A DNA stretch of 53,623 nt, counting the filler, from Basidiobolus ranarum (Eukaryota), in the NCBI GenBank assembly GCA_040143965.1. It is 3 parts of 3 records of this genome, joined end to end, with 100 filler letters (N's around TTAATTAATTAA, not from the genome) between each part and the next. Parts side by side here need not be neighbours in the genome. Positions count along the whole stretch, not along the records: positions 1 to 17,838 come from JASJQH010007165.1; positions 17,939 to 35,752 come from JASJQH010007166.1; 1 more part is not named here. The stretch is one strand, 5' to 3'. Position numbers and translations under genes: made by a program. Under the pieces are notes generated by a model, which was given only the letters and a program-made list of their open reading frames with translations, was not told the origin of the DNA and did no database searches. Below, piece after piece: positions 12,601-25,300 of the stretch (the first letter of the stretch is position 1; the number at the start of each line of letters is the position of its first letter).

Positions 12601-14425
12601 GGTCGAAGTGGAGTCGAAGCGCGTTCCTCACAGACCACCAATGTGGACTGATAGCCCTAAAGTTCGCAAATCTATTGATAGTGATAGGGGAAGCCCATCA
12701 CAACCTGAACCCGACTTCGAAAGCGAACAAAATGTCGAAATCGGAGATAAAAATGGCGATATTACACCTACGAAAGAGCGCAATGTTGCAGCCAGGATTT
12801 CAGCAGTAAAGCCTCGAACTAGCATAGATAAACCAGCATCGTCCTCTCCTCTTTCAAGAGAAAATAGTTTGAATCTACCCTTGGATACTGAACAGGATGA
12901 TAGTGACATTCCAGATCATGCTCTTCACAGAATATCCCCTAGGATTTCGGCAGTCAAGTCTCGACCATCTCAAGATGTTATTCGTGCGGCTCTGGAAAAT
13001 TTTGGAAGTCCGCTCAAATCGTCAGGTGCAGGATTTGATAATGAGAGTGAAGAGGACATTCAGTATTCTGAGGCTGCTACGCAGGTTTCTGAGAGAAGTA
13101 CCACTGGATCACCTATACTATGGTCAAGAAGTGACGCGGGCACCCAAACTGATGATATTAACCTACTTCATGTTTTGCCCGAGTCTAATAACGTATTGTT
13201 TACGCCTCCTCTTCGCCCTACTACTCCACCTCCACCTGGATTGATGGTGCGTTCACTTAGCCCAGTCAGAGTTGATAGGTCTTCACTCAGAATGGCCGAT
13301 GAATTTGACCTTGGCAAAAACCCAGAAATTTATCACCAAGCGGGTAATCATAGAAGACCCCCGATCCCAGTAGCGATGCTTTTCGGAGGAGCATCATCTC
13401 CAGTAATACCACCTCCTACGCATACTAGAACGCTAAACCATAGGCGTCATTCGGATGGAGAGTCCGATACCATGATTCCAGAGAGCAGCACCATTCGTTA
13501 TCAGTCTACTACATCATATCCTAGTCGCAGAATGAAAGAGTCTACCATGCATGCCCCCACATACGGTTCTGCTACTATCTGGCCAACTCGGCCAATGTCA
13601 GCAACCAGCCCTAGAGGACTAGACACAATCTCTTCGTCAGTAACTGATTCTAGCTTTACTGGTGACGAAGAGAGCTGGTTAGATCATCGTCGCACATTCT
13701 CAGCTGATCCAGCCATCATTCATGCCATTACCCAAGCCATGATTGGTAATTTTATGTGGAAGTATACTCGACGCGTGATCGGTGGCGGTATTAGCGAGAA
13801 GAAACACATGCGTTATTTCTGGATTCATCCATATGCAAAAACCATCAATTGGAGTACAGAGCAACCAGGTCCAGATAGAGCTATTAATCGTATGGGCTCC
13901 AAGTCTAAATCAGCTTACGTAAAATCCATCCGTGTCGTGCAGGACTCAGTTTCCTCCGCTGATATGAACACTACTGAATTTAGCTTGATTGTTCAGACTG
14001 CTACTAGAGAGCTTAAAATCAAATCGTTGAAAAGGGAGAAACATGACATATGGCTATTAGCACTTACCTATCTTCAAAGTCGTCATTCGATGTCTGCTTC
14101 GGCCACTCAGAAAAGTGTCAGAAGTCCTCACTTTGGTGAAATAGACCAGGAGAAAACTCCACAAAGACGAACCCTTTTATCGGTTGCCTCTACAGTACAA
14201 AGCAACCTTTCCCCATTATCCCGTAGCGTTTCCAAGAAACATAGTCTTGGAAGATTATTTAAAAAGCCTAGCAAATCGACTCTTTCTTCACCCGTCGTTG
14301 ACATCAACAAATTAGAAGAGGAAGATAGAGAAGAGAATGATGACGATATGGAAATTAACGAAGATGTCCGGAAGTGTTGCGATGGAAAGCATGATATTGG
14401 CAAGTTACATGGAAAACTCGCATAA
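9609..14425 (+). CDS. Num1/ApsA/Mcp5-like cortical dynein anchor (coiled coil plus C-terminal PH domain); introns 10420-10483 and 12530-12587
   Basis: Three long ORFs joined by two GT-AG introns. Long N-terminal coiled coil. C-terminal DPAIIHAITQAMIGNFMWKYTRR...H.RYFWIHPYAKTINWS PH domain and terminal CCDGKHD motif, characteristic of this family. Confidence 0.88.
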
Positions 14426-14493
14426 CTGTTAGCTATCAAGTAATTTATACTAGCATACATTCCCTTGGATCACACTCATGCACATCGACCAAG

Positions 14494-14569
14494 CTCTACT
14501 ATTCATATCCTTGGGTTATGTTTGAACTCTATTATTCATATCTTTGGGTTAGGTTTGAACTCTACTATT
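14494..14569 (+). repeat. 33-bp tandem duplication (~2.3 copies) in the 3' flank of the Num1-like gene
   Basis: ctctactattcatatccttgggttatgtttgaa followed by ctctattattcatatctttgggttaggtttgaa, then ctctactatt. Confidence 0.85.
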
Positions 14570-15039
14570 GAGCATACCTGGTTGCGTTTATAGGACATGA
14601 TTTTTATTGTATCATATAATTTATTCATTTCGCGGCTCCTCCACGACTCCCCATTCGGAATTAATACTAATTATTCATTTCTAATTATTGGTTTCTTCAA
14701 AAACAAATCGAAATCTTGCCTTATACCCGATATTATTAATTGATGCGTACCTTTTCTGAGGGCCATTTTGTTTCCAATTTATTATTTCTCATTTAAAGAA
14801 TTGCTCATTAAACCTTTCCTTCAATTTAAATCCTTTCTTGATCGTTTCTGTCGAAATGATTGATCAATATATTGTTTACTTAGAAAGAAAGTATGCAGGA
14901 AAGTGTGTGCAGTATGGTTGATAAGTGCTTTTTATATGGATTAAAGGCTGAAAAAGAAATCTATTTACATAATGTATCGATCAGGAGACAAAACGGTTAG
15001 TAGTAAGAGATTATGAGGAGTTGTGAAAGATATTCGAAA

Positions 15040-17838
15040 TTAATTTCCTATGCTAGCGTTGCGTACAAACGGGTGATTAAGTAGTTCTTCAGCTGTTGGG
15101 CGAAGACTCAATTCACTAATGGGTATAAGTCAGGTTAGTTACGGGATAGAAGGTATTTAATGCATGCTAAAAGAGCTTACATCTCGAATGTCTTCTTCAG
15201 GAAATCCTTAGCTTCATCAGAGATGTACTCAGGAACCTCTGGAGTTATATTTCTACCAATCTACATATCGAAAATTTTCAATGTACAGCCGACACCCATG
15301 GAATAAATAAAAAGATAAAAATACCTGGAAAATGGCTTGCATTTGAGAAGAAGTCGGGAAAGGATGTTCACCGGTAAACATTTCTACTACTAAGCAACCA
15401 AGACTCCTAAATACAAATTACCGTTAAGAATCGGGAATTAAGAATAACGATGAGGAACAGATTCGTTACCAAATATCTGCTTTTTTAGTGTAGTGTGTAT
15501 TTTTAACAACTTCAGGCGACATCCAAAATACGGACCCTGCAAAATTAACCATTAGATTTATGTTTCGGTTCAAGTATACAAGGTGCTCAAATACCCTGGA
15601 GTGAGGCTCGAGCATTGGGTGAAGGGGCTTGGATTTCCGCTTAAAGAATTTATCAGTTAATACCGCAAGATCGGGTAGTTATAGTGCAGTGCCAAGCTTA
15701 CTGGTTTCTGTCTTCTTCGAGATACCGAAATCCGAGATTTTGACGCATCCCTTATTATCCACCAGAATGTTTCCACCTTTGATGTCTTTTATATCGCAGT
15801 AAGAATTGTATGCTCAAGACTGGAATATTTGATGTGAGTAAATACCTCGATGAATAATATCTCTGCCATGAAGATAATTTAAACCCATTAGAATTTGTCG
15901 GACAAATGAACGCACCAAGGTTTCTTCAAATGCATTTCCAAACTTCTCTAGCAATGCGGCAACAGATCCACCAGGCACATACTCTAAAAAGATATTGAGA
16001 TGCTCGTCGTCCATTTGAGAACCTGGATTAGATAGAATGATTAGCCAGTGATTTTAAGCTTAGCATGTTGAAAAATCAACTCACCAAGGTATCTGACAAT
16101 ATTTGGGTCCTTTAGATCTTTAAGAAGAGAAATTTCGTGTTGCAAAGCTTCCAACTAATTTGAACATATCATTAGATTCGGCAATATCATCGTGATGATT
16201 AGTTGATATGTACCATGGTAATCTTTCTTTCTTCATTTCCACCGTTGTTTTTAGGTAATTCGACTTGTTTGACAGCCATTAATTCACCGCTAAATGGATT
16301 GAGACCGAGATATACGTTGCCGAATGAACCAGTTCCAATAAGAGCACCTTTGATCCACTTCTCAGGATAGCCTGATGAATAGGTTAAGTATGTAAGATCT
16401 ACCACGTAGAATTCAGAAACACATACCTTTGGTACTAAAAGGATTGACCTTCTCATCTACAGGAGGGGGAACAACAATCTCAATGATTGACGATTCATCA
16501 TCACTGGCATCCCTCTCTATCTCATCAAATACAGGCACCTGCTCAACTTCAGCTGATGGTTGTGTTTGTAATCCTGATTGTCGGAGTTTTGCCATTGAAT
16601 AACGGACCTTGCCATTTTGTACTTCCAACATATGACTTTCGTGTTCCGGGAAAAACTTGCCCAAATTCAAGGAAATGAGTTCTGATGGAGGTCTTTCTCC
16701 GAATATTTTTCTCAGTTTAGTATGAGAATTGGTTTTTGGTGGTTTTTCACCAAAGAAGTTTTCCAATTTACGAATAGTGTGCTTCAAAGTTCCTTGTCGT
16801 TTGAAATCGTCATGACGTAGAGGTTGATGCTTTTTGCGTAAAATAAGACGCTCACGTTCAGGTCGATCTGGACTTTTACAAATATCCACCAACTCTTCAT
16901 CGGTAACAATACGGGCTAGAGATATGAAGCAAGGTTAGTACAAGGTTTTAAGTCAACGATTGAGTGAAATATGGACGGCACCTGTATCGCTGAACACAGT
17001 AAAGATGGTATATTTCTCCGAGTCATCGACAATATTAAATTTATGTAATATTTTGGCCATGATTCCAGGAGCATCACGAACTTCTTGCAAATTGACAATA
17101 CGTGTTTGACCATCATCACCAAACACACGAACACAATGCTACAACGTTGTTAGGAAATAAATTTTTACGTTTGCTAAATTATTCATAGTTAAAAGATTTA
17201 CCTGCTTAACTGCATCGACTGACATAACATCAGTACTGATGACGGTCTGTTCAATCAAGATTTTGTTAGTATGTAGTAATTCGAGTTTGATATCTTTCTG
17301 TTCTACCTTATTGCTATAGACGCTTGGACTGAAGCTTGAGTATGTGTCAGTTTCGGATTTTTTGGGTTCAGTAACAAACTGAACAGCTTTTACGGGAGGT
17401 TCTACTTTTTTGGGTGGTGCCGTAGTTGTGGCTTTCTCACTTGGAATTCCTTCCTTTATATGCATTTCAGGTGCAGTATCACCAATTAAGATTAAGCCAT
17501 CTCTCATTCCATGATTAAATGTACCAGCTTTATCCTATTCCAAGTAGATAACAAGTTCAGTTCAATCGAATTGCATTTAAAATAGTGCCAAAGAATCCAG
17601 CTTACTGTTTCCATTTCTAAGGATCCGCTAGTCCACAAACGTTTGAGGCTTTTGATGGAAGTCAAAATTCTGACTCGCTCTCCTACTGTACTGATGCGTA
17701 ACTCTTTTAGAGTTTCATGACTAAGATCTAAGAGAGCCTCTCCATTTATGTCATTCTCTAATCATTATGATACATGTAAGTATGGATTCTCTTGTTGAAA
17801 TGGGGAATGGTGTTCACATATAACGGTCTACCTGCAAA
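15040..17838 (-). CDS. STE11: Ste11-type MAP kinase kinase kinase (SAM, Ras-association and kinase domains), many introns, 5' end lost in gap
   Basis: SAM-like [32 protein letters not shown] near 17670-17760; [92 protein letters not shown]. Stop at 15040-15042. Confidence 0.92.
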
Positions 17839-17938
17839 NNNNNNNNNNNNNNNNNNNNNNNNNNNNNNNNNNNNNNNNNNNNTTAATTAATTAANNNNNN
17901 NNNNNNNNNNNNNNNNNNNNNNNNNNNNNNNNNNNNNN
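17839..17938. other. Artificial contig-join spacer
   Basis: 44 N + TTAATTAATTAA (stop codons in all six frames) + 44 N. Genes are truncated on both sides. Confidence 0.97.
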
Positions 17939-18490
17939 GTTTCTCGAGTAAAGAATCTTCATACCTCTGACTGTCTACGTGCCAATAAGTCCACCATGGC
18001 ATGGGGTTTGGAAGCTCGTGTACCTTTCTTGGATAAATCATTCTTGGAGATCGCCATGAACATTGATCCCACCGAGAAGCTTTTCGGAGGCGAAACTAAG
18101 CGTATGGAGAAGTATATTATTCGTAAGGCCTTCGATACCTCTGATGATCCTCATATCAAGCCATATCTTCCTGATACCATTTTATGGCGTCAAAAGGAAC
18201 AATTCTCTGATGGAGTTGGTTACAGCTGGATTGATTCCCTAAAAACCAAAGCAGAGGAGCTTGTTAGTGATGAGAAATTCACAAAGGCTGCCGAAAGATG
18301 GCCAAAGGATACCCCTCAAACCAAAGAAGCATACTGGTATCGCGAAGTCTTCGAGGGGCATTTCCCACAAGAAGCTTGTACCGAATCAGTTGTCAGATGG
18401 ATTCCCCGTGGTGACTGGGGATGTCCTGCTGATCCATCTGGTCGTGCCCAGAAAGTTCACAATGCCGCTTATGAAAATCCCAAAGTTTAA
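17939..18490 (+). CDS. ASN1: Glutamine-hydrolysing asparagine synthetase, C-terminal fragment (5' part lost in gap)
   Basis: [74 protein letters not shown]. Confidence 0.95.
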   Translation, partial: VSRVKNLHTSDCLRANKSTMAWGLEARVPFLDKSFLEIAMNIDPTEKLFGGETKRMEKYIIRKAFDTSDDPHIKPYLPDTILWRQKEQFSDGVGYSWIDSLKTKAEELVSDEKFTKAAERWPKDTPQTKEAYWYREVFEGHFPQEACTESVVRWIPRGDWGCPADPSGRAQKVHNAAYENPKV

Positions 18491-21400
18491 TTGGCTTTAG
18501 TGAATGTTATTCTTCTAGATTCTAGTATTTTAACTTTAACTCCTCCTTTTACTTTTTCCACTGAACTCTTACCTATTCGTAAATATTCTCCTGAACATAA
18601 TAAAGAGATATTCATTCTACATATGACTAGAGAATTCAACGGTTTCTTTATTAAGTATATAATAGTTATCGTTTCTCTCAGTTAAGGCTAAACGAACATC
18701 TGCTGGCGTATTTCTTGAGTAATTGTTATTGTATCAACCATGAATGAATATTTTCTAATATTGGAATTCATACTCAATAGAAATCTATTATCGCTTACTG
18801 GTGATTCAATTTTTTTGCAAGCATTTTTCAAGTGAAAATGATTTAACTTTACACACATCTTAATCATTGCCCAAGTAATAGTCTCTGACATTGTGAAAGT
18901 GATACCACTACTCTATGTTATACTATATACATTTGCATTCAACACTATCAGTAAACAGCTTTGAGCTCATTTATTTAGATCATTAAATGAGAATGAAACA
19001 AGTATATGGTATATGTCTCTGACAACTTACCCAACTGGAACTTTCATTAGTTTATAGATACAAATATCATTTTGAGTAAAGTACAAGGGAACGATAGAGC
19101 CAGGGATAAATGTTTTATTGATATTGGGAGTATTCCGTTATGAATTTTAGGAAGTTGAAAACCCCAATTTGAGCCAAAGGAAACACTATTGAATTATTGT
19201 AACAAAAAAGTTCTTTGATAATTCAGGCCTCATTACTGATATATTGGTAGAATACTTCCTGAAAGCTGTAGCTATATCTGAAGAAATGTAACCTGTGTCA
19301 CACTTGTTACATTAGTAACTTGGAGAAAAAAATATTCTAGGAAAAGGGTAAGTCTGCCCAGCTAGGAAATTTGTAAATTAGCAGCACGCACAATATATTG
19401 ATTTTGGACAAGTGGAGAAAAGAGAAAATTCTCAAACTCATTCAAAATTCCCTAAGGTTTCCCCTAAATTTCTTGGTGCCCCAGGAACATAACCCTGCCA
19501 TTATCTTCCTTTTTTCACAAGCGTAACTACTTTTTTTAAATCTCAACTCAAGACATTAACATTCACATACAGCTTCTGATTATCCTAAACACAACCAGTT
19601 AATCCCAAAAAATCTTGGCATAAATCGGATGATATAATGAAAATACTCAAAGCAATGCTCAGGGTAGAGTTTAGCTGCAAGTTATCATCAGTATTTCCAT
19701 GATATATAATATTGCGTGCTAGGTAAAAAAACGAAGGACGATATTATAGTGAATCTGCTTTCATCTACTAGAGCATAATACCTATTGCTGTAAGCATTGC
19801 ATCACTATGTTGAAAGAACTCTATTTTCACAATATCTGGGACAATTGTTGTATATGTACAATAAGGAGTTGCACATTCTCTTGAAACGAGAATTTGCTAT
19901 TACAAATGTACTGCAGAAGAGATAGTGGAATCCTATTGAACGAGGGATGAGTTTAATTCAACATTGCTACATATAGTGTCCCCAAAAGGTGTAACATACA
20001 AAGGATCATGTATTATTATCCTTCAACTCAGATAAAAGTTTTCTAAATGAAATAGTTTCTATAGGCTTTTACTGAACTACAGACAGGAGATGCTCAATTT
20101 ACCAGCACTATTATATGTATGGACCTAGATAGTTTTCAATAGTTACGTACAGTAATGGATGCTGAATCCTTACATGAATTCCAAAGCTTGTGCTAATCTA
20201 TATATCTTTATAAATCACAAATACTGAGGAGATATCGGAATATCTCAGTTGGATTGTCACTCAATCGATCAAACATTTACTTTCTGGCTTTCTTCTCAGT
20301 ATCGCGACTTAATAGAATACCAGTTCTGTAGAAGTTTATCGCGTAGCTGTAGTGTTGTTCTCACCAGGAGCATTATCGAAGAATTCATTTAGAGCATCTC
20401 TGATAACTTATGTTCTAGGGAAATAATGCGAAATCCGTGAATGGTGTCATTAATATGCCCGGACCAGATGAATCCAATTCCATTTCATGAATGGCTTAAG
20501 AAATCCATATCCGATCAATGGCATAAAACTGCAGGAAATTCTTATGAAGAGCTGCATTGTTGCCGCGTAGTTGGATTCATGCAACATGGGAGGGTTACTT
20601 TCGGCACAAATTAAATAACCGAAGAACTCGATACACCTTGAGAATGGGATTGCCCATTCCTAATATTTACTCGGTAGAAACCATTAAGACACGCCTCTTA
20701 TGTATTGAAAACTACTATCCTGGCTGTTATTTGCCAACAATCCTCTCGTCGTCAGACATCTATACTGAGTTTAGATACTATTTCTGGGTATCACTCTACA
20801 ACGTAGTAGTACCTTGAAGTATGATATGCTCCCAAAGTACGAAGAGTAAAATCACAAATCCAATATGAAAGAGGTCATGACAATACCCTACTTGCTTTGA
20901 TTTGTGCTACCATCTTGTCACTAAAAGGGCCCATACTCCTCCGTTTCACCAGAGTTATGTAAGTGTTATGGCATCTATCCAGGTGGAGGTGATTTGATTA
21001 ATATGTATGTTCATCTATACACCATAAGCTTGTAAGTCCAATGCTTCAACTATGGGGTTGAAACTTATATCGAACATTTATGGGCCCATCAGGATTAGCC
21101 CCTACTCCATAATATTAATTAGGTGAGAGCAGGAATAATGATCCCTTTGAGAGAAGATTCCAACGATCTCTTCAGTGCTTGTTGACTAAGCATCCATCAA
21201 ACATTAGTTTTGCTCAATGGTATGAGTGCTCTGCAAGTCCGTCCCATTTCCCTCCGGTAGGACTGTGCTTGGATAGTCCTTACAGTGCAGGGATGGCATC
21301 TTTAAAGGTTTAGAGTATGGAACTCAAATACTCTGTAGCTGGTGATACAAATGTCATTATCACCATCGATCATGGTAACTGCTGGCCTAGTTGGCTTCGT

Positions 21401-22326
21401 ATAGTAAGATGTCCGTTGCTAGAAAAAGAATATAATCCATTATATCAGAGTGATCACCTATCGTCATGAAGAATTCTTCGAATTCTCAATAAATCTGGAG
21501 CAATCCTGTTTGTATTTTTAGAGCTTTGTTATTTAAAATCTAGAATATGAAACCAGAGCTTTACAGGTTTGAATTTGTCCTCATTAGCTCGTACTTCAAT
21601 GCATTCCCTAGAGTTCAAATCCAGTTTGCGAAATCGGAATTATCAACAATGCTCATTGAGAAGCTACACAGTTCAGTCGCTTGGATGTTGAAGAGTCCCT
21701 GGATAAAATCATAAACTTCGCATGTGTTGCTGATTTCGATAGGGTTAAGTCCCGCAAAACATGCCTTCATTTGAATCAATCAAATCTTATTAGATATACC
21801 CGATACCATAATATCCTAAGCTGTTCAGCCTTCTTATTTTGACAGTCCGGAGCTAGATTCTCAGAGTATAGTGTTAAGAGACCATGATCAGGAACGTTTC
21901 TCTGCATCCACAAAATCAATATCTTGCCTAGTCGAAATTTAAGACATAATCATAGGCTTGAGATGCCTGGTGATGATGGAATGGGAGATGGGCAAGGGAA
22001 GACTTTGGACAGAAAAGGAGCGAAAAAAGAGCAGATGGCGAGTGGTTCAGGGATAAGGGATTAACTGTGCTACATGGTGAGTTTCAAGGAACTTCATTAT
22101 GAGATGCCCAATATGGAGGAATACCAGAAAATCATCATATGATAACTATCTAATATTGAAGCTGCCGATTCAGGCTAATGTCAGAAGGATGAATGCTCTT
22201 TAGTAGATTCACACTTTTAAGATGAAAAATCCACTCACTATAAATGTATTGCATGAGATTCTTTCAATTGACACAACTACTGGTTTTAGTAGCCTATTTC
22301 CACAGCTTAAAGAAAGAAACTATAAG

Positions 22327-25300
22327 ATGCCTGACACGGGAGCTGCTGTAAACCTACCTATATCTCGAACTTTAACTGTCGAGTTTCGCACTCTCTCAAT
22401 CAGACTCGATGAAGCAAGGACTCGAACAAGAGACTTGCCAAAAGACAAAGATCTTGATCAAGAATTGGCCATAGATTTTCACAAACTAAAGGTCCACGAA
22501 TTGAACCTTAGATTTAATACTTCTCCAGAAAATGGTTTGGATATTACAACTGCTGCAAATCGCCTAGTAAAAAATGGTAAGAATCAAATTTCTCCGCCTC
22601 CGTCAAAGCTGCTTTCCAAGATCCTCGATTATGGTTTCGGTGGCTTTTGTGGTCTTCTGTGGTTCGCAGGGTTGATTTGTTTTCTGGCTTGGAAACCGCT
22701 TGGTAACCCACCAGACCCTATGAACATGGGTCTAGGAATCCTTCTTTTAATCGTGATATTCCTTCAAGCAGCGTTTAATGCCTATCAAGATTGGAGTTCC
22801 TCGAAAGTTATGAACTCCATCAACAATATGTTACCAGCAAATGCTTTAGTCAACCGCAGTGGCCAAAAGATTAGAGTACCGGTGAGTAGTCTAGTAGTGG
22901 GCGACATCGTTTATCTATCGTACGGTAACAAGGTACCAGCTGACGCACGAGTCATCAGCTGTTCCGATATGAAGTTCGATAAATCTGTACTCACTGGTGA
23001 AAGTGATCCAGTCAATGCCACAGTCGACATGACCGATGAGAATTACTTGGAATCAAAGAATATTGCTTTAATGGGTACTTTGATTACCAATGGTGAAGGT
23101 ATGGGAATTGTAGTGTCTACCGGTGATAATACCGTTATGGGGAAGATAGCAAAACTTTCAAGTAATGCTGGACATTCTCGCACACTGTTGCAAATCGAAA
23201 TCACTCGGTTCGTCAGAATCATAGCTGCATTGTCCATTTCTACGGCTACCTTCGTAATCATTATTTGGGTGGCTTGGCTACGTCGCTCTTATCCTAATTT
23301 CTTGAACCTCTCAACTGCTCTGGTTAATGCGATCGCCGTTTTAGTTGCATTCGTACCCGAGGGCCTTCCAGTTGCTGTCACACTGACTCTAACATTAATA
23401 GCTCGCCGTATGCAACAACAGAAGGTACTGGTCAAGAACCTAACCACTGTCGAAACCCTCGGATCTGTGAACGTCATTGCTTCTGATAAGACAGGAACCC
23501 TAACACAGAATCGAATGTTCGTCAGTAACGCATTCGTAGGTGAATCGTTTGATATGACCGAGTGTCGGGATCATTTCAGCTCACGAGTCGCTGGATTGCT
23601 AGAGTTGTTGGCAGTTACTGGTCTTTGCAATGGTGCTTCATTCGACAGTGAATCCATGAATTTTCCAGTGTCTGAGCGCAAGACCAATGGAGATGCCACC
23701 GACTCAGCTCTGCTCCGATTCAGTGAAGACTTCAAAATGATTAGTGAACATAATCAACACTTTGAGAAGCTCTATGAGATTCCCTTTAACTCTAAAAACA
23801 AATGGATGCTCACAGTTGCTCAAGGGAAGCATGAGGATAATGGCTTCAGATGCACTAATCCCGTTCTTATGCTTAAAGGAGCGCCAGATTTCATTATCGA
23901 TAGATGCTCAACTATACTCAATCTTGATGGAACTGAGAATCCATTCGATCAAGTGTCAAGACAAAAAATACTTTGTCAGCAAGAGGAGTGGAGTTCAAAA
24001 GGGCAACGGGTCCTTCTTTTGACCAGAAGACGTTTAGAAGACGATGATTTGAGACAAAATATGGATTCCGAGGACATCATTCCACTAGCACAGAATATGT
24101 GCATAGTAGGTTTGGTCGGCATTATTGATCCACCAAGACCTGAGATCTTTGATGTTGTCAAAACTTGTCGTATGGCCGGTATTCGTTTGTTCATGGTGAC
24201 TGGGGATTTCTCTCTTACTGCCGCTGCCATTGCTCGACAGGTTGGTATCTTTACTGCAGAGCATGTTGACATGGTAGAAAATCTGGTTGGTGGGAAAAGC
24301 GAGATGGAATTGGTACTAGATGATGGCACGAAAAATGTACAAAAAGCATTACTTCTCTCCGGTGCTGATCTTCCTACTCTTACTGATAAACAGTGGGAGA
24401 TGGTTACAAACTATGATGAAATCGTATTTGCTCGTACTACACCAGAACAAAAGCTAAGGATCGTCCAAGAGCTACAACAGCGTGGAAACATAGTGGGAGT
24501 TACTGGTGATGGAGTCAATGATGCGCCAGCTTTGAAAGCTGCCAACATTGGTATTGCTATGGGAGGTGGTAGTGAAGTCGCCATGGAAGCGGCTCATATG
24601 GTATTACTTGACAATAACTTTTCTTCGATCATCGTAGCAGTTGAAAATGGCAGGTTGGTATATGACAACTTGAAAAAAGTTATTCTCTATTTACTTCCAG
24701 CCGGTTCATGGTCCGAATTGATTCCCATCTTAGTAAATGTTTTACTCGGAGTGCCACTTCCTCTCTCTGCCTTCTTGATGATTTTCATTTGTGTACTGAC
24801 TGATATGCTACCATCGATTGCAATCATGTTTGAAACCCCAGAGTCGGATCTCTTGAAGCGTCCACCGCGTCGTCCTAACCAAGATCGTTTGGTCAATATT
24901 CGTCTTCTACGCCATGCCTATCTATTCACAGGATTAATGGAAACTATATTCTCGCACTGTATGTTCTTCTATTACATTCAGTCCACTGCCAATCTCTCCG
25001 CAGGAGATATATTGCTTACATTTGATAAGTGGACTGATGGCTACAAAGGAATGAGCCAAGCCCAACTTGATGATTTACAATATACAGGACAATGTGTCAT
25101 GTTTGTTACTCTAGTGGTACTTCAATCATTTGGTAATTTACTAGCTACACGAACACGACGTCTCTCAATCTTTCAACACCCCCCGTGGGCTCAATCTTCT
25201 CGTAATCTTTGGCTATTTGGGGCCCAGTTTGGGTCAATCATGTTAGCATTGATTGCAGTGTATCTACCAGCGTTCCATGATATCTTTAATACGCGTCCTG

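Noticed and set aside
17883-17894. TTAATTAATTAA palindrome (also at 35797-35808) as a biological site
   Set aside because: Centred in identical N runs; it is a six-frame-stop assembly linker.
21963-22064. 33-aa purine-rich ORF as a regulatory uORF of the ATPase
   Set aside because: It lies upstream of the probable TATA box (~22239), so it is likely outside the transcript.
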